Below, piece after piece: positions 40,056 to 49,483 of a stretch of DNA of 64,000 bases; the first letter of the stretch is position 1, and every line of letters begins with the position of its first letter. The notes beneath the pieces were generated by a model, which worked only from the letters and a program-made list of their open reading frames with translations, made no database searches and was not told the DNA's origin. Made by a program: the position numbers and the translations under genes. This stretch comes from an uncultured Eubacteriales bacterium (GTDB lineage Bacteria; Bacillota; Clostridia; Oscillospirales; Oscillospiraceae), in NCBI GenBank assembly GCA_900543625.1, contig UQSF01000001.1, forward strand, positions 79,916 through 143,915, read 5' to 3'.

Positions 40056-41279
40056 ATGAAGAAAACCGTTTTGCGTGCCTATGCCCGCCTCATTGCCGAG
40101 GTCGGCGCGCGTGTTCAAAAGGGGCAGGATGTCGTCATCGAGGCCGAGCTCGACCAGCCGGAGTTCGTGACCATGGTCGCCGATGCGTGCTACCATGCCG
40201 GTGCGCGCAAGGTCACCGTCACGTGGAAGCATCAGGCGCTCGAGAAGCTCGCCATCCGGCGTGAGAGCGTCAAGACGCTCCAGACTGTCGCCGACTGGGA
40301 GCGCGCGAAGCTTCAGCACTATGTCGACACGCTCCCGTGCCGCATCTACCTGCTCAGCGAAGATCCGGACGGGCTGCGCGGCGTCAGCCCCGCAAAGATG
40401 GCCAGCGCCCGCCAGGGGCGCTACAGCGTCATCAAGCCCTACCGTGACCGGATGGAGGGGCGCTACCAGTGGTGCATTGCGGCCGTGCCCGGTGTGGCAT
40501 GGGCGAAGAAGGTGTTCCCGCACGAGACGAAATCGCGCGCCGTCGAAAAGCTCTGGGAGGCGATTTTGCACACCTGCCGTGTGCACGATGATCCCGTCGC
40601 CGCGTGGGACGCGCACAACGCAGACCTGCAGGCGCGCTGCGATTATCTCAACAGCCTCGGCATCGAGACGCTCGAGTACCGCGCGTCCAACGGCACGCAC
40701 CTGACCGTCGGCATGATCCCCGAGGCACAGTTTTGCGGCGGTGGGGAGTACACGATCGGCGGCAGCTACTTCAACCCCAACCTCCCGACGGAGGAGTGCT
40801 TCATCTCGCCGAAGCGCGGCGAGGCCGAGGGCATCGTCTACTCGTCGAAGCCGCTGTCGTATCAGGGGCAGCTCATTGAGGACTTTTCCATCCGCTTTGA
40901 GCACGGCCGCGCCGTGGAGGTGCATGCCCGCACGAACGAGGCGCTGCTGCAAAAGCTCATCGCCATGGATGACGGCGCCGCCTACCTCGGCGAGTGCGCG
41001 CTCGTGCCGTATGACAGCCCCATCAACCAGACGGGTATCCTGTTTTATAACACCCTCTTTGATGAAAATGCCTGCTGCCATCTCGCGCTCGGCATGGGCT
41101 TTATCGACACCATCCGTGACTACCCGAACCGCTCGCTCGAGGAGATGCGCGCGCTCGGTGTGAACGACTCCATGATCCACGAGGATTTCATGATCGGCAC
41201 GCCGGACCTTGCGATCACGGCGCACTGCCGCGACGGCCGCTCGGTTCCGGTGTTCCGGGACGGGACATGGGCATTTTGA
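40056..41279 (+). CDS. M29-family aminopeptidase (AmpS/PepS-like)
   Basis: 407 aa with M29 family pattern; directly follows the two-component pair. Confidence 0.75.
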   Translation: MKKTVLRAYARLIAEVGARVQKGQDVVIEAELDQPEFVTMVADACYHAGARKVTVTWKHQALEKLAIRRESVKTLQTVADWERAKLQHYVDTLPCRIYLLSEDPDGLRGVSPAKMASARQGRYSVIKPYRDRMEGRYQWCIAAVPGVAWAKKVFPHETKSRAVEKLWEAILHTCRVHDDPVAAWDAHNADLQARCDYLNSLGIETLEYRASNGTHLTVGMIPEAQFCGGGEYTIGGSYFNPNLPTEECFISPKRGEAEGIVYSSKPLSYQGQLIEDFSIRFEHGRAVEVHARTNEALLQKLIAMDDGAAYLGECALVPYDSPINQTGILFYNTLFDENACCHLALGMGFIDTIRDYPNRSLEEMRALGVNDSMIHEDFMIGTPDLAITAHCRDGRSVPVFRDGTWAF

Positions 41280-41463
41280 CCGAAATCCCACTATTACGTC
41301 GAAAAACCGCGAATTGTGGTGCGTTCTGATTTCAGAACGCACCATTTTTCATGAAAAGTGGGGAATTAGTGAAGCAACCCGTTGCATTTTTCCGGCGCGT
41401 ATGGTAAGATACGCCTACGCGGAACGAACACCGCAGATCGAAACAAAACGGGAGGTGACCGGC

Positions 41464-43212
41464 ATGAAGCGTGCGCTTTTGTGTGTCCTGCTCGCGGCGC
41501 TGCTGCTCTGCGGCTGCACGCGCGCTCCGGCGAGTACCGTGCGCGCCCCGGATGCCGGGGAGCCGCTGACGCTCTGCCTCGGCGCAGAGCCTGCGACGCT
41601 CGACCCCGCGCGCACGGAAAACGGTGTCGGCGCAACATATGTGGTCAACCTCTTTTCCGGCCTGACCGGCTATCGCGCCGGCGGTGACGGCAGCCGGGAG
41701 CTGACGCCCGAGCTGTGCGCGGAGCTGCCCGTGCCGGAGTCTTTGCCCGACGGGCGCGTACAGTATGTGTTTACGCTGCGCGGCGGGCTCAAGTGGTCAG
41801 ACGGCACGCCGCTCACGGCGGCGGACTTTGTCTATGCGTGGAACCGGGCGTGCACACTTGAGGATGCGGCGGCGCCGTATCTCTTTGCCTGTATCGACGG
41901 GTATGGTACCGGCCGCCTGAACGTCACGGCGTCGCCCGACGGACGCACGCTCACCGTTGTGCTCGCGGAGGCCATGCCGACCTTCCTGCAGCTTTGCGCC
42001 CAGCCGGCGTATGCGCCCGTGCCCTCCGGCGCAGCAGATACGATGCGCCGGACGGCGGACGGCGCTGGCTTTGCCGTCAGCGGACCGTATACGGTCTCGG
42101 CGTGGACGGACGAGGGCCTGACCTATGTGAAAAACCCCGCCTACTGGGACGCGGACAACGTCACGGCCGAGACGGTGCGCTTTGCGTTCGACCCTGACCC
42201 CGACGCTGCAAGCGCCGCCTTTCTTGCGCGCGACTATGCGCTCGTCTGGCCGGTCTCGGATGCCGCTCTGGACGATCTGCGCACGAACCACGCGCCTGAG
42301 CTGCGCACCGTGAGCCGGCTTGCGACCTACAGCCTCTGCTTTCCCATGAACGATCCGGCGCTGAGCGCCTTTACGCAGCCGGAGCGCGCGCAGATCCGCA
42401 CGGCGCTCGCCCTGCTCATCGACCGCAGCGACCTCTGCGCGCAGATCACACCCGGCGCGCAGCAGAGCGCGAACGCCCCCATCCCGCCCGGCATCTCGGA
42501 TGCCGACGGCAGCGACTTTGCCGCGCACAACGGCGCCGACGGCAAGGGGGAGGGGTACTACAGCGCCGACTATGCCGCCAACTGCCAGCAGGCCGTCGCG
42601 CTGCTGCGGCAGGCGGCGGAGTCGTCCGGCCGCTTCACGGTCAACGCGCAGGGCGTCTGCGCCGGCTTCCCGGAGCTTACATACCTGACGTCCGACGCAG
42701 CCGGTCATGTCGCCATCGCGGAGTATCTCCGGGCGCTCTACGCGCGCTACGGCATCACGCTCACCGTCACGGCGCAGGATATGCAGACCTTTCTCACCAG
42801 CCGCGCCGCCGGGGGCTACTCCGTCACGCGCTGCAGCTTCAGCGCCGATCTGGACGACCCCATGCCGTTTCTCTCCCTCTGGGCGAGCGGCGCGGGCAGC
42901 AACTTTGTCGCGCTCGGCCGCGGCGCGCACATGGACTACGCGGGCTATACCGTCACGATCGACGGACGCACGAAAGCTGACTGCACATGGGCGGAGTCGT
43001 ATGATGCGCTGCTGTACCGCATTGCGAGCAGCAGCGATACCGCCGAGCGCTACGCGCTCATGCATCAGGCCGAGACCCTGCTCATGCAGACGGGCGCCGT
43101 GTGCCCGCTCTACTGGTATACGGACCAGTACCTGTGCAATGCGCACGTGCAGGGGCTGCTGTCCGGTCCGCTCGGCGCGCAGTATCTGATGGGCGCGCAG
43201 GTGCAAAAGTGA
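41464..43212 (+). CDS. ABC transporter substrate-binding lipoprotein, family 5 (peptide/nickel type), orphan
   Basis: ATG 41464 after GGGAGGTG; lipobox LLLCGCT; no transporter partners adjacent. Confidence 0.7.
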   Translation: MKRALLCVLLAALLLCGCTRAPASTVRAPDAGEPLTLCLGAEPATLDPARTENGVGATYVVNLFSGLTGYRAGGDGSRELTPELCAELPVPESLPDGRVQYVFTLRGGLKWSDGTPLTAADFVYAWNRACTLEDAAAPYLFACIDGYGTGRLNVTASPDGRTLTVVLAEAMPTFLQLCAQPAYAPVPSGAADTMRRTADGAGFAVSGPYTVSAWTDEGLTYVKNPAYWDADNVTAETVRFAFDPDPDAASAAFLARDYALVWPVSDAALDDLRTNHAPELRTVSRLATYSLCFPMNDPALSAFTQPERAQIRTALALLIDRSDLCAQITPGAQQSANAPIPPGISDADGSDFAAHNGADGKGEGYYSADYAANCQQAVALLRQAAESSGRFTVNAQGVCAGFPELTYLTSDAAGHVAIAEYLRALYARYGITLTVTAQDMQTFLTSRAAGGYSVTRCSFSADLDDPMPFLSLWASGAGSNFVALGRGAHMDYAGYTVTIDGRTKADCTWAESYDALLYRIASSSDTAERYALMHQAETLLMQTGAVCPLYWYTDQYLCNAHVQGLLSGPLGAQYLMGAQVQK

Positions 43213-43220
43213 ATATAAAG

Positions 43221-43254
43221 CAGCCCCGCTGCCGGGAAACCGGCAGCGGGGCTG
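43221..43254 (+). terminator. terminator hairpin after the binding-protein gene
   Basis: CAGCCCCGCTGCCGG-GAAA-CCGGCAGCGGGGCTG. Confidence 0.6.
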
Positions 43255-43255
43255 A

Positions 43256-43452
43256 CAGCTTGTCAAAAGCCTCGCAGAGTTTCGCCGCCGGAGCGGCGAA
43301 AGAAAGACCAATCATTTTCTTCGGCGACATGCGCGTCGAAGAAAATACTTCTCGGCCTGCAAACGTGCGCGCCGTCCGCCTTGAGCGGACGGCGCGTGCG
43401 ATGCAGTCAGGCCGCAAACCCCTTTGTCAAAAAGTAATACTTTTTGACAGTC
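43256..43452 (-). repeat. copy 3 of the ~200-bp repeat family (reverse orientation)
   Basis: shared internal hairpins; its TGTCAAAAAG end overlaps the TGA stop of the small membrane protein gene; no second flanking hairpin copy at this locus. Confidence 0.85.
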
Positions 43453-43705
43453 ACAGAAAAACGAAAAACAGCATCACGATCAGGTACGCGAACGCGAGCG
43501 TCATCGGCGCGAGTGCGAGTGCGGCGGTCAGCCGCCAGTCGTCCTCGCGCTCGACCGTGCCTTCATAGACCGGCTCCGCCATGGCGGCGAGTGAGCCGTG
43601 CAGATAGCTGCGGTAGAGCTTCAAAAACCGCTTTCCGTCGCGGCGGCCGGTGCTGTAGGCCGACTGCTCCGGTGTGCGGGGCTGCAGGGCGTGGTGTGTG
43701 CGCAT
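43451..43705 (-). CDS. small C-terminally membrane-anchored protein (84 aa)
   Basis: strong GAGGAGGAA RBS + ATG 43705; C-terminal TM LALAPMTLAFAYLIVMLFFVFL; immediately downstream of the PP2C gene. Confidence 0.55.
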   Translation of the reverse strand: MRTHHALQPRTPEQSAYSTGRRDGKRFLKLYRSYLHGSLAAMAEPVYEGTVEREDDWRLTAALALAPMTLAFAYLIVMLFFVFL

Positions 43706-43777
43706 CCGGTGTTCCTCCTCATGCTCGAAAGGTGTCGAATCGTTCAAAAGCTATTATACGCATTATGCCGCCGCGCG

Positions 43778-44971
43778 TCAACCGGGGAAGCGCTCGGGTG
43801 CAGACGTTGCCTCCGGCGACGGTGTTGGCGTCGGCTCCGCGCTCGGCTCGGGCGTGGGCTCCGGCTCCGGTTCGGGCGTCGGCATCGGGGGCAGGATCAC
43901 CTGCGGCGGGGCGTTCGGCGTGGGTCTCGGCGTGGGCGTGACCGTCTGCACCGGTGTGGGCGCAGGAGCGGGGGGCTTGCGCGGGATGCTGCCGACTGCG
44001 ATCCACAGCGCGGCGACTACGGCACAGAGCACCGCCAGGATCACGGAGACGGTGAGTACCCACTCGCGGCGGCGCGCACGCGCCTGCTTTTTGCGCTGCG
44101 TCTCCTGCTCGGCGATGCGCTCGGCCGAGACTTCGAACCGCCGCGTCTGCGACAGTTCCTCGACCGGCGGCTGCGGCAGGGGAACGGCGGTCTCGGGGTC
44201 GAGCGCCGTGACCTCGATGAGCACGAGTGTGATGTTGTCGCCCGGCCCGGCGTCGAGCGCCTGCGCCATGAGTGCCTGCCCCAGCTCCGGCAGCGGCATA
44301 TCCGCGCCGAGCACCGCCTGCAGGCGGCTGTCGCTGAGCTTTCCGGTCAGCCCGTCGGTGCACAGCAGCAGCCGGTCGCCGACGGCGAGCGGCACACCGG
44401 CCGCAAAGTATGGCATGAGCCGCTGGCGCGCGCCGAGCATGCCCAGATACTGCGTGAGCACGTGCCGGTCCGGACTGTCGTCCGCGTCATCCGCGTCGCC
44501 GGCGGCACCGGCATCGAGCCGCTCCTGATACTTGGTGTGGTCGCGCGAGATGCGCTGCAGCGCGCCGCCGCGCTGCAGATAGATGCGGCTGTCGCCGACG
44601 TTGCAGCAATAGGCGTGGTTTCCGGTCAGGTGCACGGTCGCAGCGGTCGAGCCGCTGACCTGACCGCTGGCCGCGATCATGTCGCACACGGCGACGTTTG
44701 CGCGCCGGAAGAAATCGAGCGCGTCAAACGGCTCATCGCTGCTGCATCGGTGCAGTGTCTGCGCGCACAAAAGCGCTGCCTGCTCACCGTTTGCCTCGCC
44801 GCCCATGCCGTCGAACACGCCGTAGATCAGCCGCTTGCCCTCCTGCTCGGCGGCCGCCTCGGCCACGGGGACGGCGGCATCGCGCTTGAACGTGCCGTTG
44901 CAGTAGTAGTTGTCCTCATTATTATCCCGGCCGGAGCCGATGTTTGTCTGCGCGTAACACAGCACACGCAT
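43778..44971 (-). CDS. PP2C-family Ser/Thr phosphatase with C-terminal TM helix and Pro-rich extracellular tail
   Basis: GVFDGMGG and DGLT PP2C motifs; TM VLTVSVILAVLCAVVAALWIAV; PTPxP repeats; GGGAGGAA RBS. Confidence 0.8.
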   Translation of the reverse strand: MRVLCYAQTNIGSGRDNNEDNYYCNGTFKRDAAVPVAEAAAEQEGKRLIYGVFDGMGGEANGEQAALLCAQTLHRCSSDEPFDALDFFRRANVAVCDMIAASGQVSGSTAATVHLTGNHAYCCNVGDSRIYLQRGGALQRISRDHTKYQERLDAGAAGDADDADDSPDRHVLTQYLGMLGARQRLMPYFAAGVPLAVGDRLLLCTDGLTGKLSDSRLQAVLGADMPLPELGQALMAQALDAGPGDNITLVLIEVTALDPETAVPLPQPPVEELSQTRRFEVSAERIAEQETQRKKQARARRREWVLTVSVILAVLCAVVAALWIAVGSIPRKPPAPAPTPVQTVTPTPRPTPNAPPQVILPPMPTPEPEPEPTPEPSAEPTPTPSPEATSAPERFPG

Positions 44972-45174
44972 CGCGCATTCCTCCCATGATGGTCTTCTTC
45001 CGCTATCGTATCGTTCGGCGGCCGGTTTGTCAACGTGTTGTCGGGGCGAAGAACGGAAAAAATGCAGCGGTGCGCCCATTTTTGCCCGACTGGGGATTCC
45101 ATCGGCGGCGGATTTGTGCTATGCTGAAAGCAAAAGGGCGCTGCCACGCGTGCGGCGGCGATGGGGGAACGGAT

Positions 45175-45846
45175 ATGAACGAACGATTGGATGCGGCGCT
45201 CGAGCAGCTGCCATTCTGGCCGAACCTGACCGAGCCGCAGCGCGAGCTTGCGCGCCGCGGCGCACGGCTGACACAGTATGAGCGCGGTGCACTCGTGCAC
45301 GGGTGCGACGGGCAGTGCCTCGGCATGATCCGGGTGCAGAGCGGACGTCTGCGTGCGTGCATGCTCTCGGATGACGGGCGCGAGATCACGCTCTACCGCC
45401 TCACGGACGGGGATGCCTGCGTGCTCGCGGCGGCGTGCGTCATCCGGCAGATCACGTTCGAGGTGCAGCTCGTGGCCGATGCGCCGACGGAGCTGCTGAT
45501 CCTCGGCGCGCACGTGTTCCAGCAGCTCACGGCGGAGAATATCTATGTCGAGTGCTGCATGTACCGGCTTGCCACCGAGCGCTTTTCCGACGTCATGTGG
45601 GCGATGCAGCAGCTGCTGTTCACAAGCTTTGATAAGCGCCTTGCGCAGTACCTCTGGGACGAATCCGGCCATGCCCGTGCCCCCGTGCGCGCCACGCATG
45701 AACAGATCGCGCGCGACACCGGCGCCGTGCGTGAGACGGTCACGCGCATGCTGCGCCACTTTGCCGACGACGGCGTCGTGTCGCTCGGCCGCGGCACGGT
45801 CACGGTCACGGACGCGCAGAAGCTGCGCAGCCTCGCCGGAATGTGA
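45175..45846 (+). CDS. Crp/Fnr-family transcriptional regulator
   Basis: cNMP-binding-like domain plus C-terminal HTH (HEQIARDTGAVRETVTRML). Confidence 0.8.
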   Translation: MNERLDAALEQLPFWPNLTEPQRELARRGARLTQYERGALVHGCDGQCLGMIRVQSGRLRACMLSDDGREITLYRLTDGDACVLAAACVIRQITFEVQLVADAPTELLILGAHVFQQLTAENIYVECCMYRLATERFSDVMWAMQQLLFTSFDKRLAQYLWDESGHARAPVRATHEQIARDTGAVRETVTRMLRHFADDGVVSLGRGTVTVTDAQKLRSLAGM

Positions 45847-45927
45847 CTTTGCCACAGAACGCAGGTGTAAAATCTGTTAAAATCCAATCAATAGATCCAA
45901 GATACCGATTCGGAAAGGAAGATCCCT

Positions 45928-46230
45928 ATGTTGACACTCACGAAAGAAAACTTTGCGCAGGAGGTCCTGCAGTCTGACAGACCCGTGCTCGTGGATTTCT
46001 GGGCAACGTGGTGCGGCCCCTGCCGCATGATGGCGCCCGTGGTCGAGGAGCTCGCCGCCGAGCATCCGGAATACAAATTCGGCAAGATCAATGTCGATGA
46101 GCAGCCGGAGCTCGCAGGTGAGTACCGCATCATGAGCATCCCGACGCTCATGGTTTTCCGCGGCGGTCAGGCCACGGCCGTAAAGGTCGGCGTGACGCCG
46201 AAGGAAGAACTGCTCAACCTCCTCGGCTGA
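45928..46230 (+). CDS. trxA: thioredoxin
   Basis: WCGPC active site, 100 aa. Confidence 0.9.
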   Translation: MLTLTKENFAQEVLQSDRPVLVDFWATWCGPCRMMAPVVEELAAEHPEYKFGKINVDEQPELAGEYRIMSIPTLMVFRGGQATAVKVGVTPKEELLNLLG

Positions 46231-46271
46231 GACCGGGGAAAACCAGAGACATTTGAAGGAGGAGACAACGT

Positions 46272-48251
46272 ATGCACTGCACTGTGAAAATGACCGAGGA
46301 CCTGTACTGGGTCGGTGCGTCCGACCGCCGTCTGGCGCTGTTTGAGAGCGTGTATCCCATCCCGCGCGGCGTGTCGTACAACGCCTATGTCCTGCTCGAC
46401 GAGAAGACCGTCCTGCTCGACACGGTGGATCAGTCCGTCGCCGGTCAGTTCTTTGAAAATCTCACCCATGTGCTCGGCGGCCGTCCGCTGGACTACATCG
46501 TCGTGCACCACATGGAGCCGGACCACGCCAAGACGCTCGAGGAGACCGTGCGCCGTTATCCCGAGGCGAAGATCATCTGCAACGCGAAGATCCGCGACAT
46601 GATCCGCAACTACTTCACCTTTGACATCGACAGCCGCGCCATCCTCATGGCCGAGGGCGGCACCTACTGCTTCGGCAAGCACACGTTTGCCTACGTCATG
46701 GCGCCGATGGTGCACTGGCCGGAGGTCATGGTCAGCTTTGACACCACGACCGGCACGCTCTTTTCCGCCGACGCCTTCGGCACGTTCGGCGCGCTCAATG
46801 GCAACCTCTATGCCGATGAGTATGACTTTGAGCACGACTGGCTGCCCGATGCCCGCCGCTACTACACGAACATCGTCGGCAAGTACGGCACGCAGGTGCA
46901 GGCGCTGCTCAAGAAGGCAGCCACGCTGGATATCCGCATGATCTGCCCGCTGCACGGTCCGGTCTGGCGCAAGAACATCGGCTGGTTCGTCGATAAGTAC
47001 AGCAAGTGGAGCTCCTACACGCCCGAGCAGGACGGCAGCGTGCTCATCGCTTACTCCTCCGTCTACGGTCACACCGAAAACGCGGCGCAGGTGCTCGCGA
47101 CCATGCTGGCCGAGCGCGGCGTGCGCAACATCGCCATGTACGACGTCTCCGTCACGCACCCGAGCTATGTCGTGGCCGAGGCCTTCCGCTGCAGCCACCT
47201 CGTGTTCGCGTCCACGACGTATAACGCCGGCATCTTCTGCAACATGGAGACGGCGCTGCTCGACATCGCGGCGCACAACCTCCAGAACCGCACCATCGCC
47301 CTGATCGAAAACGGCTCCTGGGCGCCGACCGCCGGCAAGCTCATGCGCGGCATCCTCTCCAAGCTCAAGGACGTGACCATCCTCAATGAGACGCTCACCA
47401 TCAAGTCCTCGCTCAAGGACGATCAGCTCGCAGCGCTCGCCGAGATCGCGGACGCGCTCGTGGCCTCCATGCCGAAGCCGCGCCCGATCGTCAACGAAGG
47501 CAAGCAGAATCCCGCCGCGCTCTTCAAGTTCCAGTACGGCCTGTTTGCACTCTCCGCCCGCGAGGGTGACAAGGACAACGCCTGCATCATCAACACCGCC
47601 ATCCAGATGGCCAACAAGCCCGAGCGCATCTCCATCTCGGTCATCAAGGCCAACCACACCTGCGGCATGATCGAGCGCACCGGCGTCTTTAACCTCTCGC
47701 TGCTGACGAAGGAAGTGCCGTTTGCCTTCTTCCAGCACTTCGGCTTCCAGTCCGGCGCGGAGGTGGACAAGTTCGCAGACTGGAGCGACTGCGCCCGCAG
47801 CGACAACGGTCTGTATTACATCAACCGCTACACGAACGCCATGTTCTCCTGCCGCGTCGTCGAGAGCTATGATCAGGGCAGCCACCGGCTGTTCATCGCC
47901 GAGATCACGGAGTCCAAGCTCTTCAGCAACGACGAGACCGTGACCTACGACTACTACCGCAGCCACATCAAGCCCGCTCCGCCGAAGCTCGCCCCCGCCG
48001 AGAAGGCGACCTGGGTCTGCTCCGTGTGCGGCTATGTGTACGAGGGCGAGACGCTCCCGGCCGATTTCATCTGCCCGCTGTGCAAGCACCCGGCGTCCGA
48101 CTTCGTCAAGCACGAGGCCAAGCCCGCGGAAAAGCGCGTCGGCTTTGTGTGCACCGTCTGCGGCTACGTGTACGAGGGCGCGGACATGCCGGATGACTTC
48201 ATCTGCCCGCTGTGCCACCACCCGAAGTCCGATTTCAAACCGCTTACGTAA
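46272..48251 (+). CDS. multidomain flavodiiron protein: FprA core (MBL diiron + flavodoxin) + flavin-reductase-like domain + two rubredoxin domains
   Basis: diiron HHMEPDH motif; two C-terminal CxxCG...CPxC rubredoxin repeats (WVCSVCGYVYEG / FVCTVCGYVYEG). Confidence 0.85.
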   Translation: MHCTVKMTEDLYWVGASDRRLALFESVYPIPRGVSYNAYVLLDEKTVLLDTVDQSVAGQFFENLTHVLGGRPLDYIVVHHMEPDHAKTLEETVRRYPEAKIICNAKIRDMIRNYFTFDIDSRAILMAEGGTYCFGKHTFAYVMAPMVHWPEVMVSFDTTTGTLFSADAFGTFGALNGNLYADEYDFEHDWLPDARRYYTNIVGKYGTQVQALLKKAATLDIRMICPLHGPVWRKNIGWFVDKYSKWSSYTPEQDGSVLIAYSSVYGHTENAAQVLATMLAERGVRNIAMYDVSVTHPSYVVAEAFRCSHLVFASTTYNAGIFCNMETALLDIAAHNLQNRTIALIENGSWAPTAGKLMRGILSKLKDVTILNETLTIKSSLKDDQLAALAEIADALVASMPKPRPIVNEGKQNPAALFKFQYGLFALSAREGDKDNACIINTAIQMANKPERISISVIKANHTCGMIERTGVFNLSLLTKEVPFAFFQHFGFQSGAEVDKFADWSDCARSDNGLYYINRYTNAMFSCRVVESYDQGSHRLFIAEITESKLFSNDETVTYDYYRSHIKPAPPKLAPAEKATWVCSVCGYVYEGETLPADFICPLCKHPASDFVKHEAKPAEKRVGFVCTVCGYVYEGADMPDDFICPLCHHPKSDFKPLT

Positions 48252-48559
48252 GTTCCCCGATATTGCAAAAACGACGTGACCGTCTTGGCCACGTCGTTTT
48301 TTGCTGTCCTTCGGCGCTCAGCGCTTGTCGATCACGTCGATGATCTCGCCCACGAACGCGAGATGTGGCTGCCAGCCGCCGTGAAAGTCGGGGTAGACCT
48401 GCGGCATCGAGGCGTAGTATGCCTGCACCTCCGGCGCGAGATCCTCTGTGGTGAACTGGTGCTGGTAGAGCTTTTTGCACAGGAAGGTCAGGTTCGCCTC
48501 CGCGTAGGTCACGCCCTGCCCGAAGGCCACCGGCGTCAGTCCGGCTGCGGCGGTGTGTG

Positions 48560-49483
48560 TTATTCCTTCGGCAGCACGCGCAGCCAGTTGTCGGCAAAGA
48601 GCGCGCTGAGCAGCGGCTCGTCATAGCCGCGCGCCGCGAGCGCCGCGTAGAGCTTCGGGTAATCCTGAATACCGGTGACGCCGCCGCCGAGCGTGTCGCA
48701 CCCATCGAGATCACCGCCGAGCGCGAGCGTTTTGTCTCCGCCGAGGTCGAGCAGGTGCTCGATGTGGCGCACGACGGCGTCCATATCCGCGCCGCCGAGA
48801 AACGCCGTGTAGAGGTTGAGCCCGACCACGCCGCCGCTGTCGCGGATGGCGCAGAAGAGGTCGTCCGAGAGGTTGCGCGTGTGCGCACAGACGGCGCGGC
48901 TGTTCGCGTGTGAGGCGATCACCGGGCCGAGCCCGAGACGCACCGTGTCCCATGCCGCAGCCTCCGATAGGTGCGACACGTCCGGCAGCATCCGGTGGGC
49001 ATACAGCGCGCGCACAAAGTCGCGTCCCTGTGCCGTGAGTCCCTGCATTGGTGCGTCGCAGTGCGAGCCTGCGAGGGCGTTTGCATGGTTCCATGTCAGC
49101 GTCACATACACGCACTCCCACGCCGCCGCCTCATCCAGCCCTTTGGGGTCGCAGTCGAGCAGCTCCGCCCCCTCGATGCCGAGCAGCGCAGCCGTTTTCC
49201 CGGCTGCCCATGCTGCGCGCACGTCCCGCGCCGTGCGGCAGCGGCGCACGAGGTCGGCGTTGCGCGCACATTCGCGCTCGAGCAGGGCGTGCTGCCGCCG
49301 CGCGACGGTATGGAGCGGCTCGCTTGCCGCGGCACTGTCGGCAAAGATCGCGAAGATCTGCGCGTGCTGCCCAAGCGCCGCGCAGCGCGTGAGGTCGACG
49401 TGGCCGGTGTTTTGCCGCAGCGCACTGCCGCGCTCGAGGCAGCGCGCGAGCGTGTCGCAGTGCCCGTCAAAGCTGCGCATCAT
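48560..49483 (-). CDS. membrane dipeptidase (peptidase M19 family)
   Basis: MRSFDGHCDTL family N-terminus; GGAGGGAGGA RBS; ATGA overlap with upstream gene. Confidence 0.75.
   Translation of the reverse strand: MMRSFDGHCDTLARCLERGSALRQNTGHVDLTRCAALGQHAQIFAIFADSAAASEPLHTVARRQHALLERECARNADLVRRCRTARDVRAAWAAGKTAALLGIEGAELLDCDPKGLDEAAAWECVYVTLTWNHANALAGSHCDAPMQGLTAQGRDFVRALYAHRMLPDVSHLSEAAAWDTVRLGLGPVIASHANSRAVCAHTRNLSDDLFCAIRDSGGVVGLNLYTAFLGGADMDAVVRHIEHLLDLGGDKTLALGGDLDGCDTLGGGVTGIQDYPKLYAALAARGYDEPLLSALFADNWLRVLPKE

Noticed and set aside
48318-48530. 70-aa minus-strand ORF downstream of the M19 dipeptidase
   Set aside because: No RBS, and it starts 30 bp after the dipeptidase stop. It could be a real small protein or a gene fragment. 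Evidence is insufficient to call it.
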